Position numbers and translations under genes: made by a program | NCBI RefSeq assembly: GCF_006345805.1 | Contig: NC_042997.1 | Location: forward strand, 203,298,001 to 203,362,000 | DNA length: 64,000 nt | Direction of reading: 5' to 3' | From: Octopus sinensis | Taxonomy: Eukaryota | Part shown: positions 1 to 13,872 of the stretch, piece by piece | How the letters are laid out: each line of letters begins with the position of its first letter | Position numbering within the stretch: the stretch's first letter is position 1 | The notes under the pieces: model-generated | Database searches by the model: none | The model's input: the letters and a program-made list of their open reading frames with translations, nothing else | Told to the model about the DNA's origin: nothing

Positions 1-3
1 ACC

Positions 4-232
4 TTAACCCTTTCGTTACTGTATTTATTTTGAGATGCTCTGTGTTTCTTTCAATTACTTTAAATATAACAAAGAATTTAGTAAAATAACTTCGTTATCA
101 TTAAGCTGGTGTTAGGAACATAAATTGTGACTAAGGTTTGGTGGAAGATTTGAATTCAAAACTTATGAAAACAAGACATTTGTACTACTGAACCAGAGCC
201 GATTTTGGCCGGGTTAGTAACAAAAGGGTTAA
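4..232 (+). mobile_element. piggyBac-type MITE, complete
   Basis: TTAA-CCCTTTCGTTAC at 4-19 and GTAACAAAAGGG-TTAA ending at 232: TTAA TSD with CCC/GGG termini. The internal sequence recurs at 10836 and 61414. Confidence 0.85.
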
Positions 233-739
233 TGACCACCAATATGGTTTTCATAAACCCAAATCAAATGAAAATCTATCACCTCATAAACCCATAGCTT
301 CTTTACCTTTCACACTGTTAACATAAGTGTTGATGGAGCTATTTCTACCCTATATTCTATCAACTCTTGTACACTCAGACTGCTTGGTTTTATCTTCACA
401 ACAGTTAGCTCATTATCAACTTCAACAATGCCCACTTTTGTGCAGAAGATCCTACTCTTCATTCCTCCTTAACTTTCCATCTCCAAGGATCATCCACATG
501 CAAAACCTGCCTTGACTCAATAAACAGATCTCAAGAACATTCACCGTGGGAAGTCCTGCCAACAGTGGACTACTAAATGAGCTTAGTAGAGTGGAAGGAG
601 ATAGAGTTCACTGATGGGTGTCATCATCATCACTGTTCGACCATGGTCGAGACAATGGAATTTACTTTCACGGTCCATCATAGCATTAGGGTAGAAAGGG
701 CTCCTTAGCCGTAGTGAATGCAATCTGTCTAGGGAGATA

Positions 740-1650
740 ATAATAATAAACCTTACAATAAATCACTCAGTCCGTAGCTTAGAAATACTGGGTTGACATC
801 CATCAGGAACAGCTTTGTTTCATGGAGGAGGAAAGGTCTTCTTTAGTGCTTGGTTGTACAATGCTTTCCAAATGTGTGTAGTAGCGGCGCACACACACAT
901 TATTAGCCATTTGAAAAGACTATGGAATTTACAATTAACTGCACCAGGGTTCCTCTTCCCCAGGGAACCAGACTTAATGGTATACCTGTGGATGTAGGTC
1001 CAGCCCCTGCTTTGCCGGTCCTGTCTCTGATCACGTTGCACCTCCAAGGGCATCCAATGACGGTGATGCCCTCAATCTTAACAGACGGGTATCACCTGAT
1101 GGAGAAGAGTCAGCTCCCAACCAAACAACACCAGACAAACATCTCATCAGCTGTAAAAATCATACGATACTCAGCACCTGATGGGTGTAGTGTATGGGAG
1201 GAGTAAAGAAGGTGTGTTGCTTTGACGAGGTGCAGATGTACTGATGGTTGAGTAAAAACAGATCCAAGGTATCTGTTGTGTCTGAAGGATACAAATGGCG
1301 GGGATGCAATCTGGTGCACAACACTTCAGAATGACTGACAATTCAGTCTCTCCATCAGCAGAGTCAGTGTGAGACAAGTTTGAGAGGTAGGAGGAATTGT
1401 ATGCATTGAAGTCAGCTAGTAAAGACGATCTCAGAGACGAGCTGAGACAGAGTCTACAATGGTAGATGTAAAGAGTCAAATAGCTGACAGCAATTGAAGG
1501 AGTTTGGTTGTCATACAGAAAGCAGATAAACTTAGAGGAATAGAAAAACTTTGAACCAAAATAACTGCGAGTGATTTGAGAGAAAATCCAAGTGACAAGT
1601 GAATGGCGAGGAGAGTGGAATCTACATATGGACAGAACCAAGAGAGAAAA
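740..1650 (-). mobile_element. Decayed CR1/L2-like LINE, 3' part of ORF2
   Basis: Minus-strand peptide contains HWMPLEVQRDQ and CAATTHIWKAL, resembling the LHWLP..R and AP.LWN.L motifs of the CR1/L2 C-terminus. GC is higher than in the flanks. Confidence 0.4.
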
Positions 1651-1897
1651 TAGAGTGTAATCTAGATAGGAAGGATGAATTACATACTGGAAAATAACTG
1701 AGAGCTGTGTGACTTATCAATAAAAAGAAAGCACTTAAAGAATCAAGAAGAAATTCTGAAAAGTTAAATATTCTGAAGAGCTTTAGTTGACAGCAAAAAG
1801 AGAGAAATTCTATTCATGTACATATCTACATATATACACACACACACACATCATATATATATATAATATATATACATATACCTCTCTCTTTCTCTCC

Positions 1898-1929
<32 letters not shown>

Positions 1930-4900
1930 GCACGCACGCACACATACATACATACATACAGCAATACTCAAACATTTATATACACATTTAAATACATTAA
2001 ATATCTCTAAATAGACACATTCAATTCATACAATCATGTATATGTAGAGATACACACAATCATATGAATGCAATAAATTCTGTAAAAAAAAAAAACTAGT
2101 ACTTTTAAAAATATAAAAAGTTTTAAAATCTATTACATTAATTTGAACAGATCTCCTTTAGACAATCTTGTAAATATTTATCAATATCTCCAAACATTTT
2201 AACAGAAACTTTCTTTTTTTTTTATGAGACATGAAGGGATGTTCTAGCTATCCAGCTTAAAACGATTACTTTGATTACTTATAATTCTGAAGTCATGAGA
2301 CAATACCCACCACCACCACCATTCTATAAGAACTATTGAAAAAATTATGTAATGAGTTTGAAAACTTCCAGTACATGAATAGTATCTTAACGAGAACTGA
2401 TGCTTCATGAAATAAAATTGAATTCTTTCTCTGGTTATTCTCAAGATACCAATTCTCATTTAGAACCAATGTAGATTAAAATAATAATAATAATAATTGT
2501 GTACAGTGCTCAGATGCACTACAACTCATCTAAAGTGTATATATAATCAGGTGTAGATTAACCAATGATATTATTTTTTAATTACAAGACAATGATAATT
2601 GGTACAACTTGTATTGGAGGAGACAAAGAAAGAGCTAGTATGGATTTTGAAGAAATTTCACATTACTACTACTACATATATGCAAACACTCACCACCACC
2701 CACCTACACTGGCTACACACCCAGCACTACACTGTACTACCAACACACACATACATCAAAGCACCACCACACTTATGCACATGCATACATACACCAAACA
2801 GCAACAACCATCATACCATCATACAAATCTACACAAGAAACCTCTACATGGTTGTTAAAAATTCTAGTCAAATCTTTAACTAGCTTCAAAAATGGTTGAA
2901 TCTTAATAAATGTAAAAAAAAATTTTAAAAACTTGCAGTTAATATAGAGAATCAGGAAGTTGAGCAAAATTTTAACAAGTTTAAAGCCCATCAAAAACCT
3001 AAATGAAGTAATACTATACAAACCAATCGCCCTCAAAATTTCCAGATTGGTGAATCCTTGACATCAATAACCCTAGCATCCCCTTTGCCATACCACTTCA
3101 CTCATCCACTATACTGCTCACAAACCTAGCACAGAAAAGACAGAGGGCTTCAACAATAAAACCTTCCTACACAAATCATTCTATCACTGACATTAGGAGA
3201 GCTTTTAACTTCATTCCCTGTTACATACTCATTTAAAAGATACTCATTACCATCTTCAGAAACAGCCCAAAATGTCAGATATAGGCCTATTTTTCAAGAG
3301 GCCATGTATACATTGAGTCCAAAACTTTCAATTTCTCAAATTACCTAACCACAAAGATCCATTATCATCACCCACTTTTCAACATGCACACAGCCTTATG
3401 ATACATCCACAAAACATACACACAACCTCATACACAAATCAGTAATATATACCAGAAATAATTATTTCACTTGTAAATGACATTATTCCCATCATCATTT
3501 AATGTCCACGTTGGCATGGGTTGGACACTTTCCCAGGATCTGATGGGACCAAGGGCTACATCATACTCCATTGTCTATTTTAGTATGATTTCTATGACTG
3601 AATACCCTTCTTAATTCCAACCATTTTATAGCATGTGCTGGGTACTTTTTTATGCCACCAACATTAGCAAGGTTGCCATGCAACTTGCAAGATTGCAAAC
3701 CCAAGGAGAAGCAACTTTATGTTGTCCACAATGTATCAAAAATATCCAGCCATTTAAATTCTAAATTTTTTTAATGATTTTTTTTTCTATAAGAGCCTTT
3801 CCTAACGTATCACAAGATAATTGTGACGAGATGATAGAAAAAATTACAAGCTCAACACAAGATAGCTTAAATTCTGTAACACACACACACACAGAACCAA
3901 GAATGTATTTACAGCTGCTGCAAAAAATATAAAGATATTTTACAAAGCAACAAAAACAAAAAAAAAGTACAACCCTAATTACACAACAGAAATAACCAAG
4001 TTGATGTAAATTAAGGAAACTTCAAACACAGCACACAAACAGAAAATTCAACATCAAACAACTAAATAAGGAAATAACAAAACAAACCGTAGAAGAAACA
4101 TTTGTATCCAACATAAGCCACAAAACATAGAAGTAATTAGTGGCATCAACAAACAGCAGCAGCAGCAGCCACACCACACATTATGTCACAATAACAATCT
4201 TAAATAATGCAACCACATTCCAATGGTAGGAAAACACTAAGAAACAGCCAATAGAAACCACACAGAGAAAACAGGAAAAATACAAGATATGCACTTTCAC
4301 TTCCATTGTGACTGACCTCCTTCCTTCCAAAAGATACCAGGAAAGCTTACAGCCTCACAAAATCACAAACATATAAACTGGAAATAATCGCTGCACACAC
4401 TAATATCAGCAACTACTTGTACCACCATTACTACTAAGAAACTATTCTGGAACCAAATCAAGTTTCAATACATAGACCCATGATTCTCCATTGAAATCTC
4501 TTTAAAACTTTAGACCTGTCCTTAGTGGCACTAACCCACTCATCCCTTCCCATCCCCTTTCCAAATCAAAAAAGATTCAAACCACTACAAGACACCCTAT
4601 GAAGTTCACCCAGGTGATACATAAGGGTGCCAACAACAAAAACACCTTCATATACATCATCCTAACTACCACTGCTCTCAGGAAATCTGTCAACTCCATC
4701 TCTTGCTATCCACTTATACACAAGATACTCAACACCTTAAGAAACAATACAAAAACATTGGCTTACAAATTACCTGTCAGGTTGCCAAACCTGTGCAGTG
4801 TAGGAAAACAACAGATTAAGAATTTGTAATTTGCCCACACAGATTATCAGCCACTCTTTAACATATGCCTGCATGACCTTCCCACACCTCTTCAAAACAC

Positions 4901-6219
4901 ACACACACAGCCTCATGCACAGATGACATCACACTCATATCCTCCCACCATTCTCCACATGCAGCTGCTTGACTCCAACCCTGTTCAAATCACCGAGAAA
5001 CCCTGTTTTAAACAACAGACTTACTGTAGCACATGCCAAATTCACCATCTCCATTCACTGTAGAACACTAAATATAACCAACCACCATGCTCATAAACAT
5101 GCCAAACACACATACACACACACACGTGCCAGAAATTTCACACAACATCAATAAGTACAGAGAAACAAGGTTCCATCAAAATCACATCCTGCCAGCTTAA
5201 GGAGTAATGTAATCCTATGAATAAAGACAAAATAGTCCCAACTGGAACCCCCTTGGTCATTGGTCTTGGCCAGGGATGACCTGGGGCTAAACAACCCCCA
5301 CTACACACAGACCTTTATGAATATAATTCATCAGCTGTTTACTTTGATACAAACATGTAAACAAAGGTGTCTGCTATGTAAACATGGATGTGAAAGAAGC
5401 ACAACATTGTGTAAAAAGGAAATCTTCTCAATGAATCCAAAGAATTAAGACAAATCAAAGACATTTAAAGAATTTGTTTTGCTCACCCACACCTCATCCA
5501 TTTCTAATTATTATTAGTTGAATAAGAGCCAATGTATTTATGGAAATTGCTTCATGGAAATATCCAATGAAATTATTTGTTAGTGGAGAGGGGTAGTGGG
5601 AATCATTGCAGATGTCTGTCACTGTTCACTGGATTTTAAAACATTCTTTAAACAAAGAAATTAAATAAATGGCTACACCACTAAGAATGGAATGGGTTAC
5701 CAAACATTTGTACAAATGATATACGACATCCTATGAGTCATACATGACATTCATGCAGTGATGCAATGATTAGCCCAGTGGAGACCTGTAACTACTGATA
5801 GTATTGTTCAAAAATTATGATATAAAAATCTATACAAAAACCAAATAATGGGGACATGTGCAAGCTAGAAGAAATGCTATATCACTCATGAAAATATCTG
5901 AGATGGCAGAAAAATGAAAAAGACATTTACATTCCAGAGATAGCAAGTTTCAATGAATATTAATACATTAAAAATCTGGAATCTGGTTTACATCAACAAA
6001 AGGTAAATCCAATAAGAGATTTTGGAGAAAAGTTCAATGAGTTGGTTTGCTATGAGGACAATCTAATATTTCAGACTTGTGCTTCTTCAGAAATGAAGAA
6101 ACAAATGAAGGAGCGAAGTGTGAGCAATTACAAAGTCCTCCAAAGAAAATATGTAATTAAACTCCAATTTTTTGCTTTTTTTCCAAAGGTAATATTTCCT
6201 TTATTGCCATTATTATAAA

Positions 6220-6670
6220 AGTGGTGAGCTGGTAGAATTGTTATTGTGACAGACAAAAAGCTATCAGTATTTCTTCCAGCTATAGGTTCCAAGTTCAAAT
6301 CGCATGAAGGTTGACTTGGCTTTTCATCCTTTCAGGGTTGATAAAATAGGTATCAGTGGAGCACTGGGGTCAACATAACTATCCTCCTACCCTGAAACTT
6401 CAGGCCTTGTGCCTATAGCAGAAAATATAATTATCACCATCATTATGGTGACAAGTTGGCAGAATCATTACTGCACAGGACAGAATGCTTAGCAGCATTT
6501 CTTCTGACTCTTTACATTCTGACTTCAAATTCCACCAGGATCAACTGTCTTTAATCTTTTGGGGGTCAATAGAATAAGGACCAGTTCAGCACTGAGAGAA
6601 ATGTATTGAATTCCTCTTTCCTCAAAATTACTGGCCTTGTGCCTAAATTAAAATGAATTATAATCATAAT
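6220..6670 (+). mobile_element. Two head-to-tail SINE copies (CATCCTTTCAGGG family)
   Basis: Two related ~210-bp units beginning GGTGAGCTGGTAGAAT and GACAAGTTGGCAGAAT, each with a GTTCAAAT/CTTCAAAT box and ending GGCCTTGTGCCTA plus an AT-rich tail. Confidence 0.65.
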
Positions 6671-7666
6671 AATCCTTTTAGGTGAAGGGGAAATTTACAG
6701 TCACCATCTTTGAACAATATAATACAAAGAGAACAAGAAAAATGCACACACCTTTCTACACCTGCCTTTAATGATACTAATTTGTATAGATGCAGATGTA
6801 CAAAGAAACTATCGCATTAAAAGACGAACCTAAATTTATAGACATTATTATTTTCAACATAATATAACGAGAAAATATATTCAGTAAATGCAGATATATC
6901 TGGTACTAAAAGTTCCACAGGAGAATATAAGAGTTACATAAGGATTCTATAATTCTTCCACATATGTGTATGTGCTTAAAAATACTTGTTTTTCTTTCAT
7001 TTTTATTTGGTTAATCAAAATTTAATGGCATACAACAATAACATTTCCTTCTCAAGAATTAAAAAGATCTATCACAAGAATTACATTAAATTTACTCAAT
7101 GCCATTAGGCAAAAATTCTCTTCATTTTACATACATCTGAAGAAAAGAAACTTAAAATCTCTGAAACATGCTTATTGGTATTATGTAAAAGTTTATATAG
7201 ATAAGCAATGGCAACCTGGAATTAGATAATTGTCTATAATCAATATTTAAGTATTATTACTGAAAACTAAAAGCTTATTAATCTATAAAATTTGAAATTA
7301 AAATACAAATTTTAAATATATTCATTTTAAAGATTTGAAAAATCAGGAGTGCACACACGTACACAAACACGCACACTGTAGTATCATCATCATATAAGCA
7401 TGCACTTTTCCATGTTTGAATGGGCCAGAGTTTACTGAGGCAGATTTTCTATGACTTAACCCCTTCCTCTCATCAGCCCTCACCTGTTTCCAAGCAAAAT
7501 AATATTTATCCATGTCCAGCCAAGTTTCCGCTGAATATTGGAAAGGAATGACAGTGTGACACGCATAACTATCATTTAGTGTTAAGACAAACACAAACAC
7601 ATATAGAGGTACATATACAGATATGTGCATATATACACATACATATACAAACACTTTGTGCGTGTG

Positions 7667-8980
7667 TACTGGGTTGGCCAAAAAGTCCATTAGGGCCTTT
7701 AAACAAAAATAAAACAAGTTTTAAATACAAAGTGATTTATTCAATGGTACAATTACTGTTTTGCTCCAGTATCTTCTGCCATCTTGTGGGCAGATCCATT
7801 ATTTCATACTCAAAGAATTTCTTTATTTTAATAGCAAAAAAAACAACTCTTCCAGGTCAATTTTTATATCCTCTTCAGAATTGTAGGTCTGTCCAGTCAA
7901 TGTATTGTAAAGAAATCAAAATAAATTGAAATCTGACGGAACAGGGTCAGGTGAGTATGGGGGGTATGGCAAAACTTCACAGTCAAGCCCCAGTAACTTC
8001 TATCACAAAGAAGTGTACAGTCTGGCATTGTCAAGATGAAAAAGAATGCCCTTATGATTAGCAAATGTTGGATGCTTCTGGTGGATTGCTGCTTTTATAT
8101 GGTTCGGCTGGACACAGTTCACATCAAAATCGGTGGTCTTGTCCATGGGAAGGAGCTCATGAAAGACAACACTCTTCCAATCCCATTGGAAAGGTGTTGT
8201 CTTTCATGAGATTCTTATGTAATCAATCAAATTAAATACATATCCTTCTTCAGGCAAAAGTTCTGCTTTGGAGGTTGTTTGTGATGATTTGCTGTGCTTC
8301 CTCCTTTATTGTTTGCACTTCACATTGTTATAAATGATCCTTATTTTATCCCCTATCACCATTCTCTTCAAAACAGGACTATATTCTTCGTATTTCTGCA
8401 ACAAATCCCAGATTGAAATCCATTGGGTAAGGTTAGCCTCAATCAATTAACGTGAGATCTGAACCTCAAGCAAGATGTAACCAAGATGATACAAATGGTT
8501 TTCAACATTCAGTTTGGATATTTGGCAATTGTCTGTGATCATATGACAAGGGTTGGTGTCAACTAACTACATTTTGTCGCTTAATCCTAGTTGGCCAGCC
8601 AGAGAGAGAGGGTTGACGTGAACCAAAAACTTTTTTTTATCATAATCTTGAAAACTATCTACATCTGGCACACAAGTTCCATAACAGCATCCTTCCATAC
8701 ACATTGCATATCTTCCTGCAGGTTTCCACCACTTTGCCTTTTTTTTTATCAATAAAAAAGGTACAAGGTGTCCAATAATGTTCATTTTGGTTCTCCAATT
8801 TCAGGAGGATCCCCAGCACAAAAATTATAACCAGTCTCATCACAAGTTCATATTGAACTACATTGAAGTGTCAAGCATCTAACAAGGGCACATGTACAAG
8901 GGACAGACTGGAGTTAAGTACTTATTATGGTGCTTGAAGTTTAAGAAAAAAACTGAATGGATCTTTTGCCCAACTCAACA
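7667..8980 (-). mobile_element. Full-length decayed mariner (Tc1/mariner) transposon
   Basis: TIRs TACTGGGTTGGCCAAAAAGTCCATT (7667) and its inverse ending at 8980; ~1.3 kb. Minus-strand remnants MENQNEH..., GILFHLDNAR, EVLPYPPYSPD and a C-terminal GIMDLPTRWQKILEQN. Contains stops and frameshifts. Confidence 0.9.
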
Positions 8981-9599
8981 CACAAAGCTTCTTTCAGTTT
9001 CCTCTTCTCTCAAATCCACTTACATGTTTCTGATTGGTTTGTGGACATAGAAGATACCATGCAATGGGACTGAATCCAAAACCATGTGATTGGAAGCAAA
9101 CCTCTCACAGCATACAGCTACACCTGCATATTTATAAACAGTTTACCTGTCCTAAAACAATTTTTGGTAGAAGCAAAAACTTAGAATTTAGAATTCTAAA
9201 AGATATTTTCCAGGTTATTCCAACTCAGTCGAAAATCTACAATAGCTAAGTGGTTGAAGAAACTACCTGAATGGTTATTTTTTTTCAAGAATTCAAACAT
9301 TGCAGCAACTACTGTTGCAATAACTTGCATTAGTCTGCACAGCTAAGATCAGTTGCAAAAACACTTATTCCAAAAAATAATCTCACCTGGTATTAGCATA
9401 GAAAAATGGCTACAAGACAAAATATTAGTCAGATAATTAACCTGGAACCAACAAACATGCTGGTAAAAAGAACAAAGGGGCAAAATTTTCCAAAAGACTG
9501 CAACATTAAGAAAATAAATACTTCAACTTTTTTATAATTCCAATATGGTGTTCCATTTCTGGATTTGTTTCTTTTTGAGATCACATACTGATCCATCCA

Positions 9600-9850
9600 A
9601 CGATAGTGTGTGTGAATTCAAGTATGTGCATGTGAATGTGCACACACATGTGTGCATGTGAACACATGCATGTGTATGAACACATGGATGTGCATGTGAG
9701 TATGAACACGTGTGCATGTGTGTGTGTGTATGAACACACGTGTACATGTGTGAATGCAAATGTGTATGAACATGTATGTGAATGCGTGTTTGTGAATATT
9801 TTGCACATGAATGTGTGTATGTGGATAGATTGTATGTGTGTGGGTAGTTG
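9600..9850. repeat. Degenerate (TG)n/TGCATG/TGAA compound microsatellite
   Basis: Directly visible; explains the H/T/C-rich spurious ORFs. Confidence 0.85.
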
Positions 9851-10786
9851 TCTGTGAGCATATGCTTGTTTATCTTGACATCATGCAATATTTGTAAATA
9901 TGCATCACTGTCATACAATATCATTTGTTTCCAATATTCTGCACAAATATGTTCAGCTTGGAAACAGATGAAGATTGGTGACAGGAAGGGCATCCAACTG
10001 TAGGAAATCTGTCCCAACAAATTCTATCTGATCCATGCAAACAGGGAAAATTGGACATAAAACTATGATGATGAAGTTATATGCATATCTCATACATGAA
10101 GTATTATCTCCAAAGTTCAATGATGAGAGAGAGTTGTTATCATTAAATATTTAATGCTTCTTATTGGTTAGAATATTTTCAATATAATTTTTAAAAAAAG
10201 AACTGGCAAAAACTGTTAAATGAAAAGACAAGAGATTAGTAAGAAATATTTCTTACATTTTCCAAACCTTAAATTCTTTTATGGTGGCAACCATCTTTTT
10301 CTAAAAATATTCTCCTTAATACATAAATGCCATTCCATAACAATACAACACATACACATTTTTCCATCTGCTAATTGATGCCTCGTCTTTCATAACAAGA
10401 TTAATCAATCTCCTGACATTGATCAAAATTATCCACAATCTATTTAGCCTGTGTCCTACCATGGCCACAGCTGAAAGGCTGAATAGTAATATACAGACAA
10501 GATTCACACTTCTCTCTCTCTTGTGCACACACATACACACACACACACACACAGAAATAGCCATAATAATGAATTTTCTATATTTCTTAAGTGTATCCAA
10601 TGAAATACAATTATTTTTCACAAATCACAATGGCAGATTGGCTAATACATTTGTTTTGCAACCATCTGGTTTTTGGTTTGATCTTACGCTACAACCCCAA
10701 GGGTAAATATCTTCTGCAAGAGTCCCACAGTGTGTGGAATTTGGGAGATAGAAACTGTGGAAAGCCATTGTACACAAGTGTGTATT

Positions 10787-10834
10787 GGTTGGCACGGCCA
10801 CAACGTGGGGTCCTAACCACTAGACGATCATGGA
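10787..10834 (-). pseudogene. Truncated tRNA-His(GUG) copy, 5' two-thirds only
   Basis: Reverse complement TCCATGATCGTCTAGTGGTTAGGACCCCACGTTGTGGCCGTGCCAACC matches the invertebrate tRNA-His 5' acceptor strand, D-arm and anticodon arm (TT-GTG-GC loop). The T-arm and 3' acceptor strand are absent. Confidence 0.8.
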
Positions 10835-10835
10835 G

Positions 10836-11024
10836 GATGCTCTGTTTCTTTCAATTACTATAAATATAACAAAGAATTTAGTAAAATAACTTATCATTCA
10901 GCTAGCATTAGGAATATAAATTGTGACTAAGGTTTGGAAGATTTTGATTCAAAACTTATGAAAACAAGACATTTGTACTCAGAGCCAGAGCCGGTTTCAT
11001 CCGGGTTGGTAACAAAAGGGTTAA
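10836..11024 (+). mobile_element. piggyBac-type MITE, left end missing
   Basis: Matches 4-232 from GATGCTCTG onward and ends GGTAACAAAAGGG-TTAA. Confidence 0.85.
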
Positions 11025-11255
11025 TGTCCATTTTGTTTTTTGTTTATTTGGGGAGTTTGGCTTATTTTTTTCCATGTCAGAATTGGTTTGGACAGGAAAT
11101 TCTCTGAGGTAGGATTTTTTCCCATTACCAAACTATGTTTAGTTGAAAGATGTCTTTGAAAGCATGGAACAACCAGTTATATCATCAACCTAACTACCAC
11201 TTCTCTACTCCTACTGTGAATATACATTGATGCAGCATACTATCATTAATTTAGC

Positions 11256-11632
11256 TACTGACACGTAAAAGCACCATCCATTTCGTGGCCGTTTGCCAGC
11301 TCTGTCTGGCCTCCGTGTTGGTGGCACGTAAAAGCACCATCCGTTCGTGTCCGTTGCCAGCCTCGCCTGGCCCCATGCCGGTGACACGTAAAAGTACCAT
11401 CCGTTCGTGGCCGTTTGCCAGCTCTGTCTGGCACCTGTGCGGGTGGCACGTAAAAAGCACCCACTACACTCATGGAGTGGTTGGCGCTAGGAAGGGCATC
11501 CAGCCGTAGAAACACTGCCAGATCTGACTGGGCCTGATGAAGCCTTCCAGCTTCACAGACCCCAGTTGAACCATCCAACCCATGCTAGCATGGAGAACGG
11601 ACGCTAAATGATGATGATAATGATGATGATGA
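11256..11632 (+). mobile_element. RTE LINE 3'UTR copy with ~60-bp internal tandem units
   Basis: Units beginning G(A/G)CACGTAAAAG at 11260, 11323, 11383 and 11445, followed by the shared AACCCATGCTAGCATGG...(GAT)n tail also found at the end of the RTE at 20443-21231. Confidence 0.75.
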
Positions 11633-13839
11633 CTGCTAGAGTAATGTAATAACACTGTGACATAACAAAATTACACTTACTATTTAATAAAACTGACAAA
11701 ATGAGTACAGTGAACTTGCCACAGGGAGGGGAAAATTCAACATTTCAGAGTCTTTCTACAGAGAAAAGGTGGACTGTTTGAAACATTGGATCTTCCACTC
11801 CCAACAGCAAGTTTTTTTGTTGACTTTACAAAATAATACAAGTCTTGCTAACGCAGAACACCAGTTTCTTTGGAGTAAATTTTACCATACTCTAAATTAC
11901 TCTAAAAACAGCTAAACTCTACCTTTAAAAATAATGGTACACTAGACAGCCATAAGGAAATAGTACTGTTCAAAAGAATTTTCTGGTTGAATATATTTTT
12001 TCAAAGAGTAGTTATGCTCCAATAATTTTTTCTTTTTGTTTTTAATCAACACTTCAACTATTTTAAGAGCTATTTGAGATTTTCTAAACCTCCTAATGAA
12101 ACACTCAAGAACTAAAAATAGTTTCCAATACAGCTCCAAACTTTTAAGTGATTCTCCACTTTTGCTCAGTCAAAATTCTTCATTAATGCAAACAGACGAG
12201 GCTCATGATTTCAACACTTGATTTACTATATTGGAAGACAAACTGATATTCCTTCATGTCAAGCATCTACAAAATTCCAAAGAGAAAAATTAACCAGCAG
12301 TGAATATCATTCCAATAGTATAGATTTTTATATATAAATAACCATTGAACAGATAATTCAGAAAGTTAGAGCCACTGAGATAAGCAACATATAGTGGTTT
12401 TATTTTAAGAGACAGGAAATTTCAGGTAAATTGATTAATTGCTGTTTCCAAAAACACCACCAGCTTCTCAACGCTGACCACCTTCAACTGTTAATAATTT
12501 ATTTTAGAAATTAATTACTACAAAAGTTATGGTTTGAACATTCACTTTCTGCATGATGAGGTTACTGTTATGATTTTTTTTTTTTTTACCAATATATTTG
12601 TGAATGGGTTTAGTTTTATATGAAACTAGTTATTTAAAGATTTCATATTTAAATTAAAAGTCAATATTTTGTGTAAGTGCTTTTTGCAAAGTTATGTTCC
12701 AAACATCAGCTTCATAAAATAAATCAATTATTTTACTAAACCCCTTCAAATTCTTGATTTTCAAAGTCAATTGAAAGACATAAGCAGTGTATTTTATTAG
12801 AAACTGACCTTTAACCTTTCCCGACCCCACCTCTCTCCCTTCCTCTCCATGTGTCATGCCTTATTTACAGGTGTTGGCAATCAGGATTTTTCTTGGAAAA
12901 TATACAGCTGTGATTTCCTGTTGTCTTCAGACAATTTATTTCCAGTTTACTGCTCCTCTAATGCCCTCACAAACTTACATTGAAGCACAAGGCCTATTTA
13001 ATCCTTAGGTAGGGAGGGTATGTCTACACACTGGTGATATCAAGCCATGCCCATAAGTTATTTTGTGGCCAAATTTGAGTTTTTCGCTTTCTTCTGCCTC
13101 CTTTTTTGTCTGACCCATGGCATGTGCACAGTCCGACTAATTTTCCATGATTATTCCATTCCAGGTGTGAAAACCAAAGTCCAATGAATATTAATTACTC
13201 TCATAAAAAGCTCCAACTAGCTCATAAACATCAAAACTGGCCCGGGCTGAAATGTGATAAGAAACTTAGCTCTTGATTTAGTGAGAAATATTTACTGCAA
13301 CCCAGCAATGAACAACAAGCATTAGCACTAGACCCGACAACACTGGGTCATAGTGCTAGTCATTTTATATTTCAGTAACTAACATGAAAATAATCTCATA
13401 CAAACCACTTTCTATTCTACTACAAACGTTTGTCTTTTCCAAACTGATCACTTTGATTAATACACAAATCTTGACCCACATGCTATGGAATCTATCAAGC
13501 AGGGTCGATAACTAACAAGTCATTGAAATTTATAGACAAGATATCTTTAAAATGTTCTTTGAATACGATTCACATGCATCAATACACATCATGTATGAAA
13601 GAACAAACAGGTTTCAACAAAAGGCCGCTTTTTTAGTTGTTGTATCACAGAGTTGAGAGAAAAATCTAAAATATTAACTATCTTTACAGTAGACAATGCC
13701 TGAAGCTTTGATTTATGACGAAGGGAAGATGGACATTAAGATCACCAGGAAATATCTGTAAGTGAAACACCACAGAAAAATTTAAAGTTCAGAACTAAAA
13801 TAGATAACACACACATTATATATATATATATATATATAC

Positions 13840-13872
<33 letters not shown>

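Noticed and set aside
9532-10020. Longest ORFs in the track (also 1171-1641, 22484-22912, 27777-28193, 29595-29952)
   Set aside because: They run through microsatellites or off-frame and antisense strands of LINE/SINE relics, so they are not genes.
11260-11470. Regularly spaced repeats resembling a CRISPR array
   Set aside because: The intervening sequences are themselves repeated, the context is eukaryotic and the block continues into an RTE tail.
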